A DNA stretch of 64,000 nucleotides, taken from contig CBDHDG010000006.1 of the NCBI GenBank assembly GCA_965261595.1, positions 608,001 to 672,000 on the forward strand. The letters are read 5' to 3'. Below are positions 18,082 to 28,573 of this stretch, in pieces (position 1 is the first letter of the stretch; each line of letters starts with the position of its first letter). This stretch comes from a bacterium. Its GTDB lineage: Bacteria > UBA8248 > JACPRG01 > G963555815. The notes under the pieces are model-generated. The model was not told the DNA's origin, did not search any database, and saw only the letters and a program-made list of their open reading frames with translations. A program made the translations under genes and the position numbers.

Positions 18082-20749
18082 TGGACTTACCCCGGTTTCG
18101 TGGAGAGTTAAGCACTTGGGTTTTCAGGGTGTGCGTTGTTGTCTCCTCCCCCGCTCTAGGGTTTTGTTGGACACTCGATTGATCCATGATTCATGGAGAA
18201 AGGGGTGTCGCGATGAACGAACAAAAGCAAGAGGGGGCTTTGGCGGAGGGCGCCCGCAGGGCGAACGGAGCCAAGGCCCCAGGGCATCGCAGTGAGCGGG
18301 GTCGGTTCTCCTGCCAGCGCAAGCGGGAGGCGGTCCTGCGTCTTTTGCGGGGCGAGAGCCTGGAGACGCTCTGCCGCGAGTTGGGCACGACAGCGGCTCG
18401 GCTTTCCGCCTGGCGCGAGGCGTTCCTTCGCGGGGGCGAGGCGGCGCTCAAAGCCCGCCCGGCGGATGAGCGGGACGAGGAGAACGCCCGGCTCAAGGCC
18501 AAGGTGGGCGAACTCACGATGGAGGGCGAGGTCCTGCGGGAGAAGATCGACCGCCTGGAGGCCGGCCGCCCTTTAGCCGGCAGGAGGTGGAGGCGATGAG
18601 TCAGGCCCGCTTCACCTCCACGGGCAGAGCCTACGGCCTGAAGCGGGTGTGCGCCCTTTGGGGCTTGGCGCGCTCCACGGTCTACGCGCAACGGCGGCGA
18701 GAGGCGGTCCCCGTTCATGAACGCCCCACGCCCCATAAGCGCGGCCCTGTGGGCCCGTGCACCGATGCGGAACTCCTCGGCCACATCCGGCAGGTCCTGG
18801 AGGACTCTCCCTTCCATGGCGAGGGCTACCGCAAGGTGTGGGCGAGGCTGCGCTTCGCGGGCATCCGCACCAGCAAGGAGCGGGTGCGTCGCCTGATGCG
18901 GGAGGCGGGGCTTCAGGCCCCCCACCGGGTGGGCAAACCCCGAGGTCCCAAGGCCCACAACGGGACCATCCGCACCGAGCGGCCCGACCGAATGTGGGGC
19001 ACGGACATGACGACGACGGTGACCACCGAGGAGGGGGTGGCCTCGGTGTTCGTGGCGGTGGATCACTGCTCGGTGGACTGCGTGGGGATCCATGCGGCCA
19101 AGAGCGGCAACCGCTTCGAGGCCCTGGAGCCGATCCGGCAGGGGGTCGCCGAGCGCTTCGCCGGCTTGGAGGCGGACGTCGCCGAGGGGCTTAAAGTTCG
19201 TCACGACCACGGCCCCGCCTATCTGTCCGATGACTTTCAGCGGGAGATCGCCTACCTGGGCATGACCAGTTCGCCCAGCTTCGTGCGGGCGCCCGAGGGA
19301 AATGGCTACTGTGAGTGGTTCATCCGCATCTTGAAGGAGAATCTCCTGTGGGTGCGCTCTTTCGCCACCGTAGAGGAACTGCGGTGGGCGCTGCTTGAGT
19401 TCAAGAACCTGTACAACCATCATTGGATTCTCGAGGGCTACGGCTACCGAACGCCGGCCCAGGCAAGGCAGGAAAAACTCGCTCAAGTTGCGGAGGCCGC
19501 ATGAGGTCGAATACCCTCACCCGAGTGTCCAATAACCCAGGGGCGGTCCACTCCTTTCGTAGTTAACGGGTGACAGGTTGTCGATGGAGGAGTGCCGACG
19601 ATGCGGGTTGTAGAAGCCCTCGATGAACCCGAACACCTCCATGCGCGCCTCGGCCCGGGTGCGGAAACTGTGGCGAGCGAGGAGCTCGCACTCCAGCGTG
19701 GCGAAAAAGCTCTCACACAGCGCGTTGTCGTAGCAGTCCCCGACCGAACCCATGGAGGGACGCCCGCCCGCCTGGCGGCAGCGCTGCCCAAAGGCGACCG
19801 AGGTGTACTGCGTGCCCTGGTCGGAGTGGTGGATGACGGCCCGGGGACGGCGCTTATACAGCGCCATGTCGAGCGCGTCGAGCACCAACTCGGCCCGCAG
19901 GTGTGTGGCCATCGACCACCCCACGATGCGCCGGCTGAACGCATCGAGCGCCACGGCCAGATACAAAAACCCCGCCCATGTCGGAACGTAGGTGATGTCG
20001 GCCACCCACAGCCGGTCGGGGGCCTCGGCCGTGAAGTTGCGGTCCACCAGATCAGGGGCCGGCCGCGCCTCCTGCCGGCGCTGCGTCGTGCGCGCTCCCT
20101 TGCGCCGACTGACGCCCGCAAGTCCCGCCCCACGCATCAGCCTGGCGACGCGCTTGCGGCCCACACGCACTCCCTCAGCCTCCAGCTCGGCATGGACGCG
20201 CGGCACGCCGTAAGTCCCCCGAGAACGCTCGTGGATCGCCTGAATGCGTTTGGTGAGCGCCCGATCGGTACACGAGCGGGCACACGGCGCGCGCCTGCGC
20301 CACGCGTAGTAGCCGCTGGAGGAGACGCCCAGCACCCGGCACATGGTGGCGGTCCGATACATGGCCTGGTTCGCCCTCACGAACCCGTAGATCCGGACGG
20401 GATCGAATCGGTATCCCGAGCAAACCAGGCCGCGGCTTTTGCTAAGATCTCCCGCTCCTGGCGGAGCTGTCGGTTCTCGCGGCGAAGTCGGCGCAACTCC
20501 TCCCGCTCATCGCTCGTGAGCCCGTCTTTGCGACGCCCCTCGTCAACGTCGGCTTGATGGGCCCAGGTGCGGATCGTCTGCGCCGAGGGCTCGAACTCGT
20601 GCGCCAGCGCCTCGGGCGTGCGTCCCGCCCGGACCAACTCTACCATCTGGCAGCGGAACTCCATTGGATAGCGTGGGTGAGTCTGTGGCATCGTGAACAC
20701 CTCCTTTACCCCCAAATCATCAGGTGTCCACCAAACCGGGTCAACTCCA
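18082..20749 (-). mobile_element. IS3-family element, copy 1 (interrupted by a nested IS)
   Basis: Ends TGGACTTACCCCGGTTTCGTGGA / TCCACCAAACCGGGTCAACTCCA; orfA 20377-20691, orfB 19517-20380 (WVADITY, HHSDQG, CESFF); near-identical to 55138-56397. Confidence 0.93.
18147..19550 (+). mobile_element. Second IS3-family element nested in the orfB 3' end of copy 1
   Basis: orfA 18213-18599, orfB 18596-19504 (WGTDMT, RHDHG, PEGNG); imperfect IRs sharing TTGGACACTCG; CTCC duplicated at 18143-18146 and 19551-19554. Confidence 0.9.
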
Positions 20750-21044
20750 GATTGACCATGAACATGTCATGCGACCATATTCTCATCCTTCACCTCCCTA
20801 AATTGCCACCAAACGACAAACCAAGGGGCATCCCGCACTACGATATTTTGGCCGCGTTAAAAACAGACAAGATGGCGAAGGGGTGGAGTTCGCCGCACAA
20901 AGGGTGGGCCATTAGGCGTTGAGGTCCGGATTTGTGATTCAAAGCGCGAGACCTGACCCCATTCTATCTTTTCTCATACTACCCTCCGCGATGAATTCCT
21001 CTGACCGCTCTTCCATTCCTCTCAATGGATGCAAGCATCCATTA

Positions 21045-21836
21045 TTAATCGAACAAAACCTTTCCAACGCTGATGGTGGAACCATTAATTCCAACTTCAC
21101 GATATTGGAATCTGCCTCTACGGTTCTTCTCAGTCGTTTTACCGGAGGCCAGAATCCAATCTATGTCGTGATGGTCCTCCCACAAGTCGGACACATGCTT
21201 ATGTCCAAAACAGAGAACAGTCGTCCTGCCGGCCAAGATCTCCATAACCTTGGTGGCATCCTCCATTTCGAGCGTAAAGTTCCTCATGAATGGATGATGA
21301 TGAAAGTGCACAACTTTATGCTATTCAGGGTTTTCCAACAGAATCTTCGCCAAAGCATTCCGTTGCTTCTTTCCGATCTCACCAGTTGCAAATGTAATCC
21401 CCTCTTCAACCAGATTTGTATAAACAGAATCTAACCCAATAAACACAATTCCATTGACCTGCCGGGTCTTTGGATAAATTTCATCGATTGGCTTGTTCTC
21501 ATGGTCATCACCCAACAACTCCTCATGGATATACTTCTGAAACCGTCTAGCTGCTGCTTGGTTATAATTCATCCCCCATCGGCCATAATCGTGATTCTCG
21601 GGGGTAGGCAAAATCTGAAATTCGGCTTCCACGAGAGGCGTTAGAATTTTCACGGCGTTCTTGTATTGGTTGGTTTTACCGTCATCTACAATATCTCCCG
21701 TGAGGAGAATTAGAGGCTTCTGATCGTTGGAATATCGCTCGCCGATCCAATCCACAATGATCCGCGCGTTCACGTTTTCATCCCTTTTCATTGATCCACG
21801 GATGTGTAAGTCACTAAGATGAATGAAGCTGGTCAT
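21045..21836 (-). pseudogene. Metallophosphoesterase (calcineurin-like) with an in-frame TAG at 21321-21323
   Basis: HLSDLH, LTGDIVD, TPENHD (G>E relative to GNHD), then HHHP and FGHKH in the same frame after the stop; low GC. Confidence 0.8.
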
Positions 21837-22291
21837 TTCTATTTCTCCTTTGTATTACGGGATGGAGTCAGGTGTCCAATCTCAACAGTCGTGTGATTTG
21901 TCTCTAACCTCTGTTTGGAACGACCGAACGGCTCCGCATTTATCGAGCTGATTGGGTCAGGTTTCACATTCTCACATCTTCGAGGGGCCGTCGAATTTCC
22001 ATTCTGCACATCCGAGCGGCATCTAATTCACCCCGCAGAACTCACTGATCTCTTTCATCGAGTAAGCGCCGGAACGATTCAGCATGGCCATCGCTTCATC
22101 CCGCTGGGAATACTCCCCTAATACACACCGCTACGTACGAAGGTCGATCTCCGGGATAGAAACAGCGGGGGCGGTATTGCTCACATGCGTTGAAATATAA
22201 GATTTGACTTCTACCTCCCTTCCGACTTTTATATCCCGCCCTGAGAAAATCACATTGATCCGGAATCGCTTTGGCCGAGAGGACTGTGATT

Positions 22292-22915
22292 TTAGAATCT
22301 GAAGCCCGCACCTATGGAAAAGAGAAGGAAAACATCACCTTCTTCTTTGTCTGGCCCAGTCGCATTCACCCCGACCCCGATATTTACCAAATCCCGAAGG
22401 AATCCCACCACGAGTGCTGGTTGGAGTAATACTTCAGACTCCTTTTCCGCCTTGGATGCAAATCCAATCATTGAAATCGGGAAAAGTGGGAAGGCTACCT
22501 TCCCTGCCTCTGGATTTTCATCTACAGACTGGGCGTCAAACGTGGTTGCGCGACACTTTGGTTTTACATAGTCTATATCTTTGAAAGTATTTCCATCCTT
22601 ATCTTTTACAGTTGGCAACCAAATCGATGGGTAAAAACGAAAAGCGATCCCTGCCCCGATGCCCAACGCGTTTATAGAGGTTTTGCCAGAGGCTAAATTG
22701 TGGCGAATTAATTGGGCAGATACGGTAGTCCCCACCGTCCAGTGCTTGGTAAAAACGTCACCACTAGGCGGAGCTACGTCCTGTACTTTACGTAGGCAAT
22801 CGGCGCACCGTGCCTGTTTAGGGTCTGCTTTTGTTTCCCCAGCCATTGATGACAAGGCGAAGCAGATAGGGAAAAAGGAAAGCTACAAACTGGTGAATAT
22901 TTTTTTACGACTCAT
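22292..22915 (-). pseudogene. Hypothetical exported protein; TAG inside the apparent signal peptide
   Basis: RBS GGAGG, then MSRKKIFTSL*LSFFPICFALSSMA in frame with ORF 22292-22855; C-terminal ...SIGAGFRF. Confidence 0.5.
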
Positions 22916-23337
22916 CCCTCCAGATTTGGCACATGTGAATGACGTCGCTGCCTTAAGTCCAAAGTAGACAGCGCAACCTGCTCCAAGCCAGAATTAGGGA
23001 CCTTGGGAAATCATGGGGCACCCGCGATCAAGCCAGGCCGCAATCGCACCGACTCCCAAGCTCCTCCTTCATCGTCCGGAGAACCACGTAGATGCGTGAA
23101 ATCGTATCTCGAATTGTCGAGCGGGTGATGCCCTGACCTATGGTCGGATAATGTCGGGTATGCATGGGTCCCCCCCCGGACCTGGATCACCTTCGGTTGC
23201 CCGCCTGTGCGGCGGATATGACACCATCAAATTTGGGGACGGATGATTTTTTAATGTAGAAATCCTACCGAGACAGAGGCATCGTGTCAACAGGTAGTAG
23301 TAGTAAAAAAATATTAACATGATCAAAAGGGATTAAC

Positions 23338-25032
23338 CCCGCATTTCCCATATGGATGATAATTTTTAACGCCCCGAAGGCCGTTTTCTCGTGTAAAATC
23401 AAGGTGTTGGCCTCTCCCTGCCATCATCTTGCGAGGGGACCCGATGGGTGAAGCGAAAAAGAGGCCGTTGAGGCTCCAATTCGACGGTCGGCTCAGGCTG
23501 GAGTTTCACGGAGCAAAGGTTACGAGTGACGCCGGTTTGCTTGCCTATCGTGAACTGGATGAGGTGTTGGGGCTGACGAAGGCGGCCGAGGGGTTTCTGT
23601 CCGATTCACGGACGGGCGGGAACACCCGGCACAGCCTCACCGCTTTGGTGCGCCAGTCGGTCTACAGCCGCCTGGCAGGATATAAAGACACCAATGATGC
23701 CGAGCGGCTCTGTGTCGATCCCGCCATGCGTCAGGTGGTTGGGGGGCGAGCGAAGTATCACACCGCTGCCTCCACCAGCCAGATGAGCCGATTCGAGACG
23801 CAGACCCTCACCCGGCCCCTTAACCCCTCAAGGCGCTGAGCGGTCTGCCCGGTGTGTTGGTGGATCGTGTCCGCAAACGCAAGCCGATTCGCAAGCTGAT
23901 CCTGGACATGGACAGTTCGGTCAGCCCGACCCACGGTGAGCAGGAAGGCTCTTCCTACAACGGCCACTTCGGCTGCACCTGCTATCACCCACTGTTTTGC
24001 TTCAACCAGTTTGGCGATCTGGAGCGGGCGCTGTTGCGCAACGGCAAGGTCCACAGCGCTGATGACTGGTGGTCTGTATTGGAGCCGGTGGTAGCTCGCT
24101 ACCGGGATGCGAAGGTCTGTCGGTTTTTTCGAGGCGACGCGGCATTTGCCAAGCCGGAGGTGTACCGATACCTTGAGGCGGAGGGCTACTCCTATGCGAT
24201 TCGGCTTCCGGCCAACGCCATCTTGTACAGGGACATCGAATGCCTTCTGACCCGGCCGGTTGGCCGACCGCCCAAAAGGCCCATTATCTTCTACCACAGC
24301 GTCTCCTATCAGGCGGCTAGTTGGGAGAAGCCTCGCCGGGTGGTGGTGGCGGTCGAGTGGCACCAGGGCGAGTTGTTTCCAAGAGTCAGCTTCATCGTGA
24401 CCAACCTGCACTGGCGGGAAGAGAACGTCGTGAGGTTCTACAACCAGCGTGGGACGGCGGAGCAGTGGATCAAGGAGGGCAAGTACGCCCTGAACTGGAC
24501 GCGCCTGTCCTGCCACGGCTTTGAAGAGAACCAGGTTCGCTTGCAACTATTTGCCTTGGCGTACAACCTGGCAAACTTCCTGCGGCGGCTGGCGTTGCCC
24601 AGAGCGGTGAAGCACTGGTCGCTGACGACGTTACGCGAGAAGCTGATTAAGATTGGGGCCAAGGTGGTCACCCACGCCCGGCACACCACCTTCCAGATGG
24701 CCGAGGTGGCCGTGCCGCGTCAACTGTTCAGGGCAATCCTTGAACGAATTCGACGGTTGTGGTTACCGCCTCCCGTACCAGATACCGGATGACGGAGCAG
24801 ATGGCCCGGAAGCTTAGTGACGTGGTGGAGACGGGGGATCAGTCTGTGCCGAACTCCCCTGAGTGTGCCGGTAGAGCTGGGTTTTCAAGGGATTGCGGCT
24901 TTAGGACGGCCGTTGCCCCTCGATTGAGCAGAGGGTTCTGCAAAGAGACCCTGAATCTGTAGTAAAATGGGGTACTTTGATGACACAGGAGGACCGCAGG
25001 ATGGCTAAGAGTGGTCATCTGGGAAATCCCGG
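23338..25032 (+). mobile_element. IS1380-family element; transposase 23444-24792 frameshifted near 23820
   Basis: [43 protein letters not shown]; IRs CCCGCATTTCCCATATG / CATCTGGGAAATCCCGG. Confidence 0.9.
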
Positions 25033-25269
25033 TTTAAATCAAGACAACTCTTGTATTGACCACCCGTTGCTCTTTAACTCAATTAGAGCCCTCTTTACCG
25101 GGGCTGTCAACACCATTTCGGGCGCCTGAAACCCTGATCGGAGCGGTATCCGCCATTGGAAAACCATGTCAGCGCCGGCGTGTAAACGGGCTTGACCACC
25201 AGGTTTGGAGTCTTCGTCATTTTGCCCTTGTGTGGACTCCGCTTAGGGTCGCTAGACAGGCACCGGGCA

Positions 25270-25641
25270 TCATCGCTTGATTCTCTCCAAGATAAGGGCA
25301 AATGTCTTCCTGGATACACCGACCTCGGCCAACTGGAAGGTGATGTGGCGGGCGTACCGCACGAGCCGGCCGCCCATTTTGAGGAGCTTAAGCTGAAGGC
25401 CGCGTAACGACCAGTGCTTGATCCCTCTCGGCAGGCCAGCAATCCCGCATCCGAAGTCATTCTGGTTCCGTGAAACTCAAGCCTCAGCCGACGCTCAAAA
25501 CGGACCTTCAACGCCCACTTTTTCGCTTCACCCATTGGATTACCCCGCGAGAGGATGGCTCGGGGAGGCTCATGCATTGATTTTACTCCAGAAAATGTCC
25601 TCCGGTCCGACAAAAGTTATGATCCATATGGGATATCTGGG
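25270..25641 (-). mobile_element. Internally deleted IS1380-family remnant
   Basis: IR CCCAGATATCCCATATG at 25641; N-terminal MGEAKK...[11 protein letters not shown] joined near 25425 to C-terminal KHWSLRGLQLKLLKMGGRLVRYARHITFQLAEV. Confidence 0.8.
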
Positions 25642-26096
25642 TTAACTTAGTCCATCCGTGTATGGACGGAAAATATAATTAGGCAAACAACTTGATTGCA
25701 GTTCTGGGTTTGATCTTGATAAGTCATTGAAAAACAGCGATGAATGGAATACACAGCCGCGCCTCGTATTCCTCCAGAACCCGTTGGCCCGATCCGAAAA
25801 CGGCGTTGTGAACCCAACGGGACCGCCGCCATGCGTCGAATCGCGTGGTGAGGCGCTCACCGGGGCTCAACTGGTCCTTGAGTCGGTGTAAGTCCTTTGT
25901 CGGAAGGACGATACGGGGGGGGAGGGGGGCGCGCTCCCGACGAAAATGACCGCCGCTGGCCGTGAAATTTCCCTCACCGCCGGTTTGTTGGATATACTGG
26001 CTCCCTTGACGGAGAGCGACAATGCCGGAGATTTCTTCCGCCGACTTTGGCCCTTGAGGATTCTCGATGATGCTGGACATGAAAAGGAGAGTTGGG

Positions 26097-27248
26097 ATGC
26101 CGACCGACGCGAACCGGGGCTTGGCCCGGGCGGCGGCGGAGTGGCTCGTCAGGCTCCTCATCCCCGTGATTATCTCCGGGTGCGTGACCGCCCCGAACCC
26201 CCTGGGCGCACAAGAGATCCGGGAGAAGATCCGCCTCCCGAAGGGTTTCCGGATCGAGGTCTTCGCGAAGGGGCTCAGAAGAAAAGCGCGCTTCATGGCC
26301 TTCGACGCCAAGGGGAACCTCTACGTGACGCTGGCCCGATCCGGACGGGTCGCCGTCATGCCCGACCGGAACAAAGACGGCCGGGCCGATTCGGTCATCC
26401 CCTTCGCGACAGGTCTGCGGTCGCCCCACGGGATCGACGTCCGGGACGGATGGGTCTACGTCGGCGAAACCGACGGCGTCGTCCGCCTCAAGGACCTGGA
26501 CGGGGACCTGCGGGCCGACCTGAAGGAAAAAGTCGTGGGCGGACTTCCCACAGGCGGCCATTGGACCCGGACCGTCCGCTTCGGCCCGGACGGCAAGCTC
26601 TACGTCTCCATCGGCTCAAGCTGCAACGTCTGCGTCGAGACCGACCCGCGCCGGGCGGCCGTCGTCCGCTACACGCCCGACGGAAGGGAGGAGGAGGTCT
26701 TCGCCGCGGGCCTGCGCAACTCCGTCGGCATCGCCTGGCGCCCCGGAACGAGCGAGTTGTGGGCGGTGAACAACGGCCGGGACTGGCTGGGGGACAACCT
26801 GCCCCCGGAGGAGATCAACATCGTCCGCCCGGGACGCCACTACGGCTGGCCCTACTGCTACGGAAACCGCGTCCCCGACGCCAAATACGGCCGGAAAGAC
26901 TTCTGCGCCCGGAAGACCGAGCCGCCCGTCTTCAAGATGCAGGCCCACTCGGCCCCCTTGGGGCTGGCCTTTTACACCGGCAAGATGTTCCCCGCCGATT
27001 ACCGGGGTGACCTCTTCATCGCCTTCCACGGCTCCTGGAACCGGACCGTCCCGACGGGCTACAAAGTCGTCCGGGTCCGGATCAAGGACGGGAAACCGGC
27101 GGGGATCGAAGACTTCGCGTCCGGCTGGCTCGACGGCTTCAAGGTCCACGGCCGGCCCACGGACGTGATCGTCGGACCCGACGGCGCCCTGTTCGTCTCG
27201 GATGACGGCGCGGACCGGATCTACCGGATCTCGTATGCCCCGCGCTGA
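26097..27248 (+). CDS. PQQ-dependent sugar/sorbosone dehydrogenase-family protein, possible lipoprotein
   Basis: GGHWTRTVRFGPDG, IGSSCNVC, GLRNSVG, YGWPYC, AHSAPLGLAFY, FHGSWNR; IISGC lipobox-like. Confidence 0.88.
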   Translation: MPTDANRGLARAAAEWLVRLLIPVIISGCVTAPNPLGAQEIREKIRLPKGFRIEVFAKGLRRKARFMAFDAKGNLYVTLARSGRVAVMPDRNKDGRADSVIPFATGLRSPHGIDVRDGWVYVGETDGVVRLKDLDGDLRADLKEKVVGGLPTGGHWTRTVRFGPDGKLYVSIGSSCNVCVETDPRRAAVVRYTPDGREEEVFAAGLRNSVGIAWRPGTSELWAVNNGRDWLGDNLPPEEINIVRPGRHYGWPYCYGNRVPDAKYGRKDFCARKTEPPVFKMQAHSAPLGLAFYTGKMFPADYRGDLFIAFHGSWNRTVPTGYKVVRVRIKDGKPAGIEDFASGWLDGFKVHGRPTDVIVGPDGALFVSDDGADRIYRISYAPR

Positions 27249-28413
27249 AACTCCCGGACCGGACCAGAAGACCCTCCTTCGCATCCAAAGGGCCCTGTTG
27301 GCGTGGTACGGCCGGGAAAAGCGGGACCTCCCCTGGCGGCGCACCCGGGACAAGTACCGCGTCTGGGTCTCCGAGGTCATGCTCCACCAGACCCGCGTAG
27401 AGACCGTCATCCCCTACTACGAACGGTTCCTGAAGCGGTTTCCCGATGTCGGCACACTCGCCCGCGCCCGCCTGGAGAGCGTCTTCAAGCTCTGGGAAGG
27501 TCTCGGCTACTACGGGCGGGCGCGAAACCTCCACCGGGCGGCGAAGGTCGTGGTTCGGGAGCACGGCGGACGTCTTCCGGCCGACCCCGGTCGGCTTTCC
27601 CGCCTCCCCGGAATCGGCGCGTACAGCGTGGGGGCCATCCTCAGCATCACCGAGGATCTCCCCCTGCCGGCCGTGGACGGGAACATCCGGCGCGTGCTCT
27701 CCCGGCTGTTCGGCGTGGACGCCGACACGGCCGAAGCCGGAACCCGCCGGCTCGTCGAGGCGCTCGCCAAACGGCTCGTCTCGGCCGGACGGCCCCCCCG
27801 GTCGGGCGACGTGAACCAGGCCCTGATGGACTTGGGGGCGGGGATCTGCGTCCCCCGAAACCCGAAGTGTCCGCGCTGCCCGCTCCGGCCGCGGTGCGCG
27901 GCCCGGATCGGCGGCGCGGAAAAAGAGATCTCCGGCGCGCTTCCCAAACCGGCCCCCCGGGCGGTCGCGTTCTCCTGCGCGCTGGCTCGCCGCCGGGACG
28001 GGAAGGTGCTGTTGGCCCGGAACCCGGCGGAGGGTCTTTTCGGCGGTCTTTGGGAGCTCCCCGGCGGCGCGTGCCCGCCGGGAGAATCCCCCGCCGACGC
28101 CCTCCCCCGGCTGCTCCTCGAGCGGGCGGGGCTTCGGGTCCGCGCGGGCGAGGCCCTGGGGGAATTCACGGCGACGCTGACCCATCGGCGCATCACCTAT
28201 CACGTCTTCAAGGTTGCGGGCGTCCGGGCCGAGGGCGCGCCCGCGGCCTACGCCGAAATCCGGTGGGTCCGGCCGGACGCCCTGGCTCGGCTCCCCTTCT
28301 CGAAAGCCCAGCGCGGAATTCTTGAAAAACTCCTCCCCTCCCCCTCCCGGCCTGACGGCTTGGCGCGTGAGCCGGAAGGAGGCGCGGGACCAGCGTCCCG
28401 GGGGGGGCTTTGA
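27235..28413 (+). CDS. mutY: A/G-specific adenine glycosylase
   Basis: RDLPWRRT, VWVSEVML, WEGLGYY, LPGIG, VDGNIRRV, C-X6-C-X2-C-X5-C cluster, NUDIX-like C-terminus. Confidence 0.95.
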   Translation: MPRAETPGPDQKTLLRIQRALLAWYGREKRDLPWRRTRDKYRVWVSEVMLHQTRVETVIPYYERFLKRFPDVGTLARARLESVFKLWEGLGYYGRARNLHRAAKVVVREHGGRLPADPGRLSRLPGIGAYSVGAILSITEDLPLPAVDGNIRRVLSRLFGVDADTAEAGTRRLVEALAKRLVSAGRPPRSGDVNQALMDLGAGICVPRNPKCPRCPLRPRCAARIGGAEKEISGALPKPAPRAVAFSCALARRRDGKVLLARNPAEGLFGGLWELPGGACPPGESPADALPRLLLERAGLRVRAGEALGEFTATLTHRRITYHVFKVAGVRAEGAPAAYAEIRWVRPDALARLPFSKAQRGILEKLLPSPSRPDGLAREPEGGAGPASRGGL

Positions 28414-28427
28414 GGACGGCGGCCGGC

Positions 28428-28436
28428 TGGTATAAT
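28428..28436 (+). promoter_or_regulatory. Extended -10 promoter element
   Basis: TGGTATAAT about 140 nt upstream of the acyl-CoA ligase start. Confidence 0.55.
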
Positions 28437-28573
28437 GCACGCGGAAACCAAGTCCCTTCCAGGCGGCGCACCGAAGGGGAGAGGCGGCAACGTCCCCCAA
28501 TAACGGGTTGCGAGCGCTAGCGTCCACAGACGATTCCGATCACGAGGACGAGTCCTCATGGAGGAGACAGGAG

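Noticed and set aside
20790..22990. Possible integron cassette array (co-oriented low-GC genes, GTTAGAG and GCCTAA-like motifs)
   Set aside because: I could not find complementary RYYYAAC/GTTRRRY pairs forming attC hairpins, and there is no integrase in the window.
25724..25925. Protein-like minus-strand fragment (LPPRIVLPTKDLHRLKDQLSPGERL...)
   Set aside because: No recognisable family or start; cannot be supported without a search.
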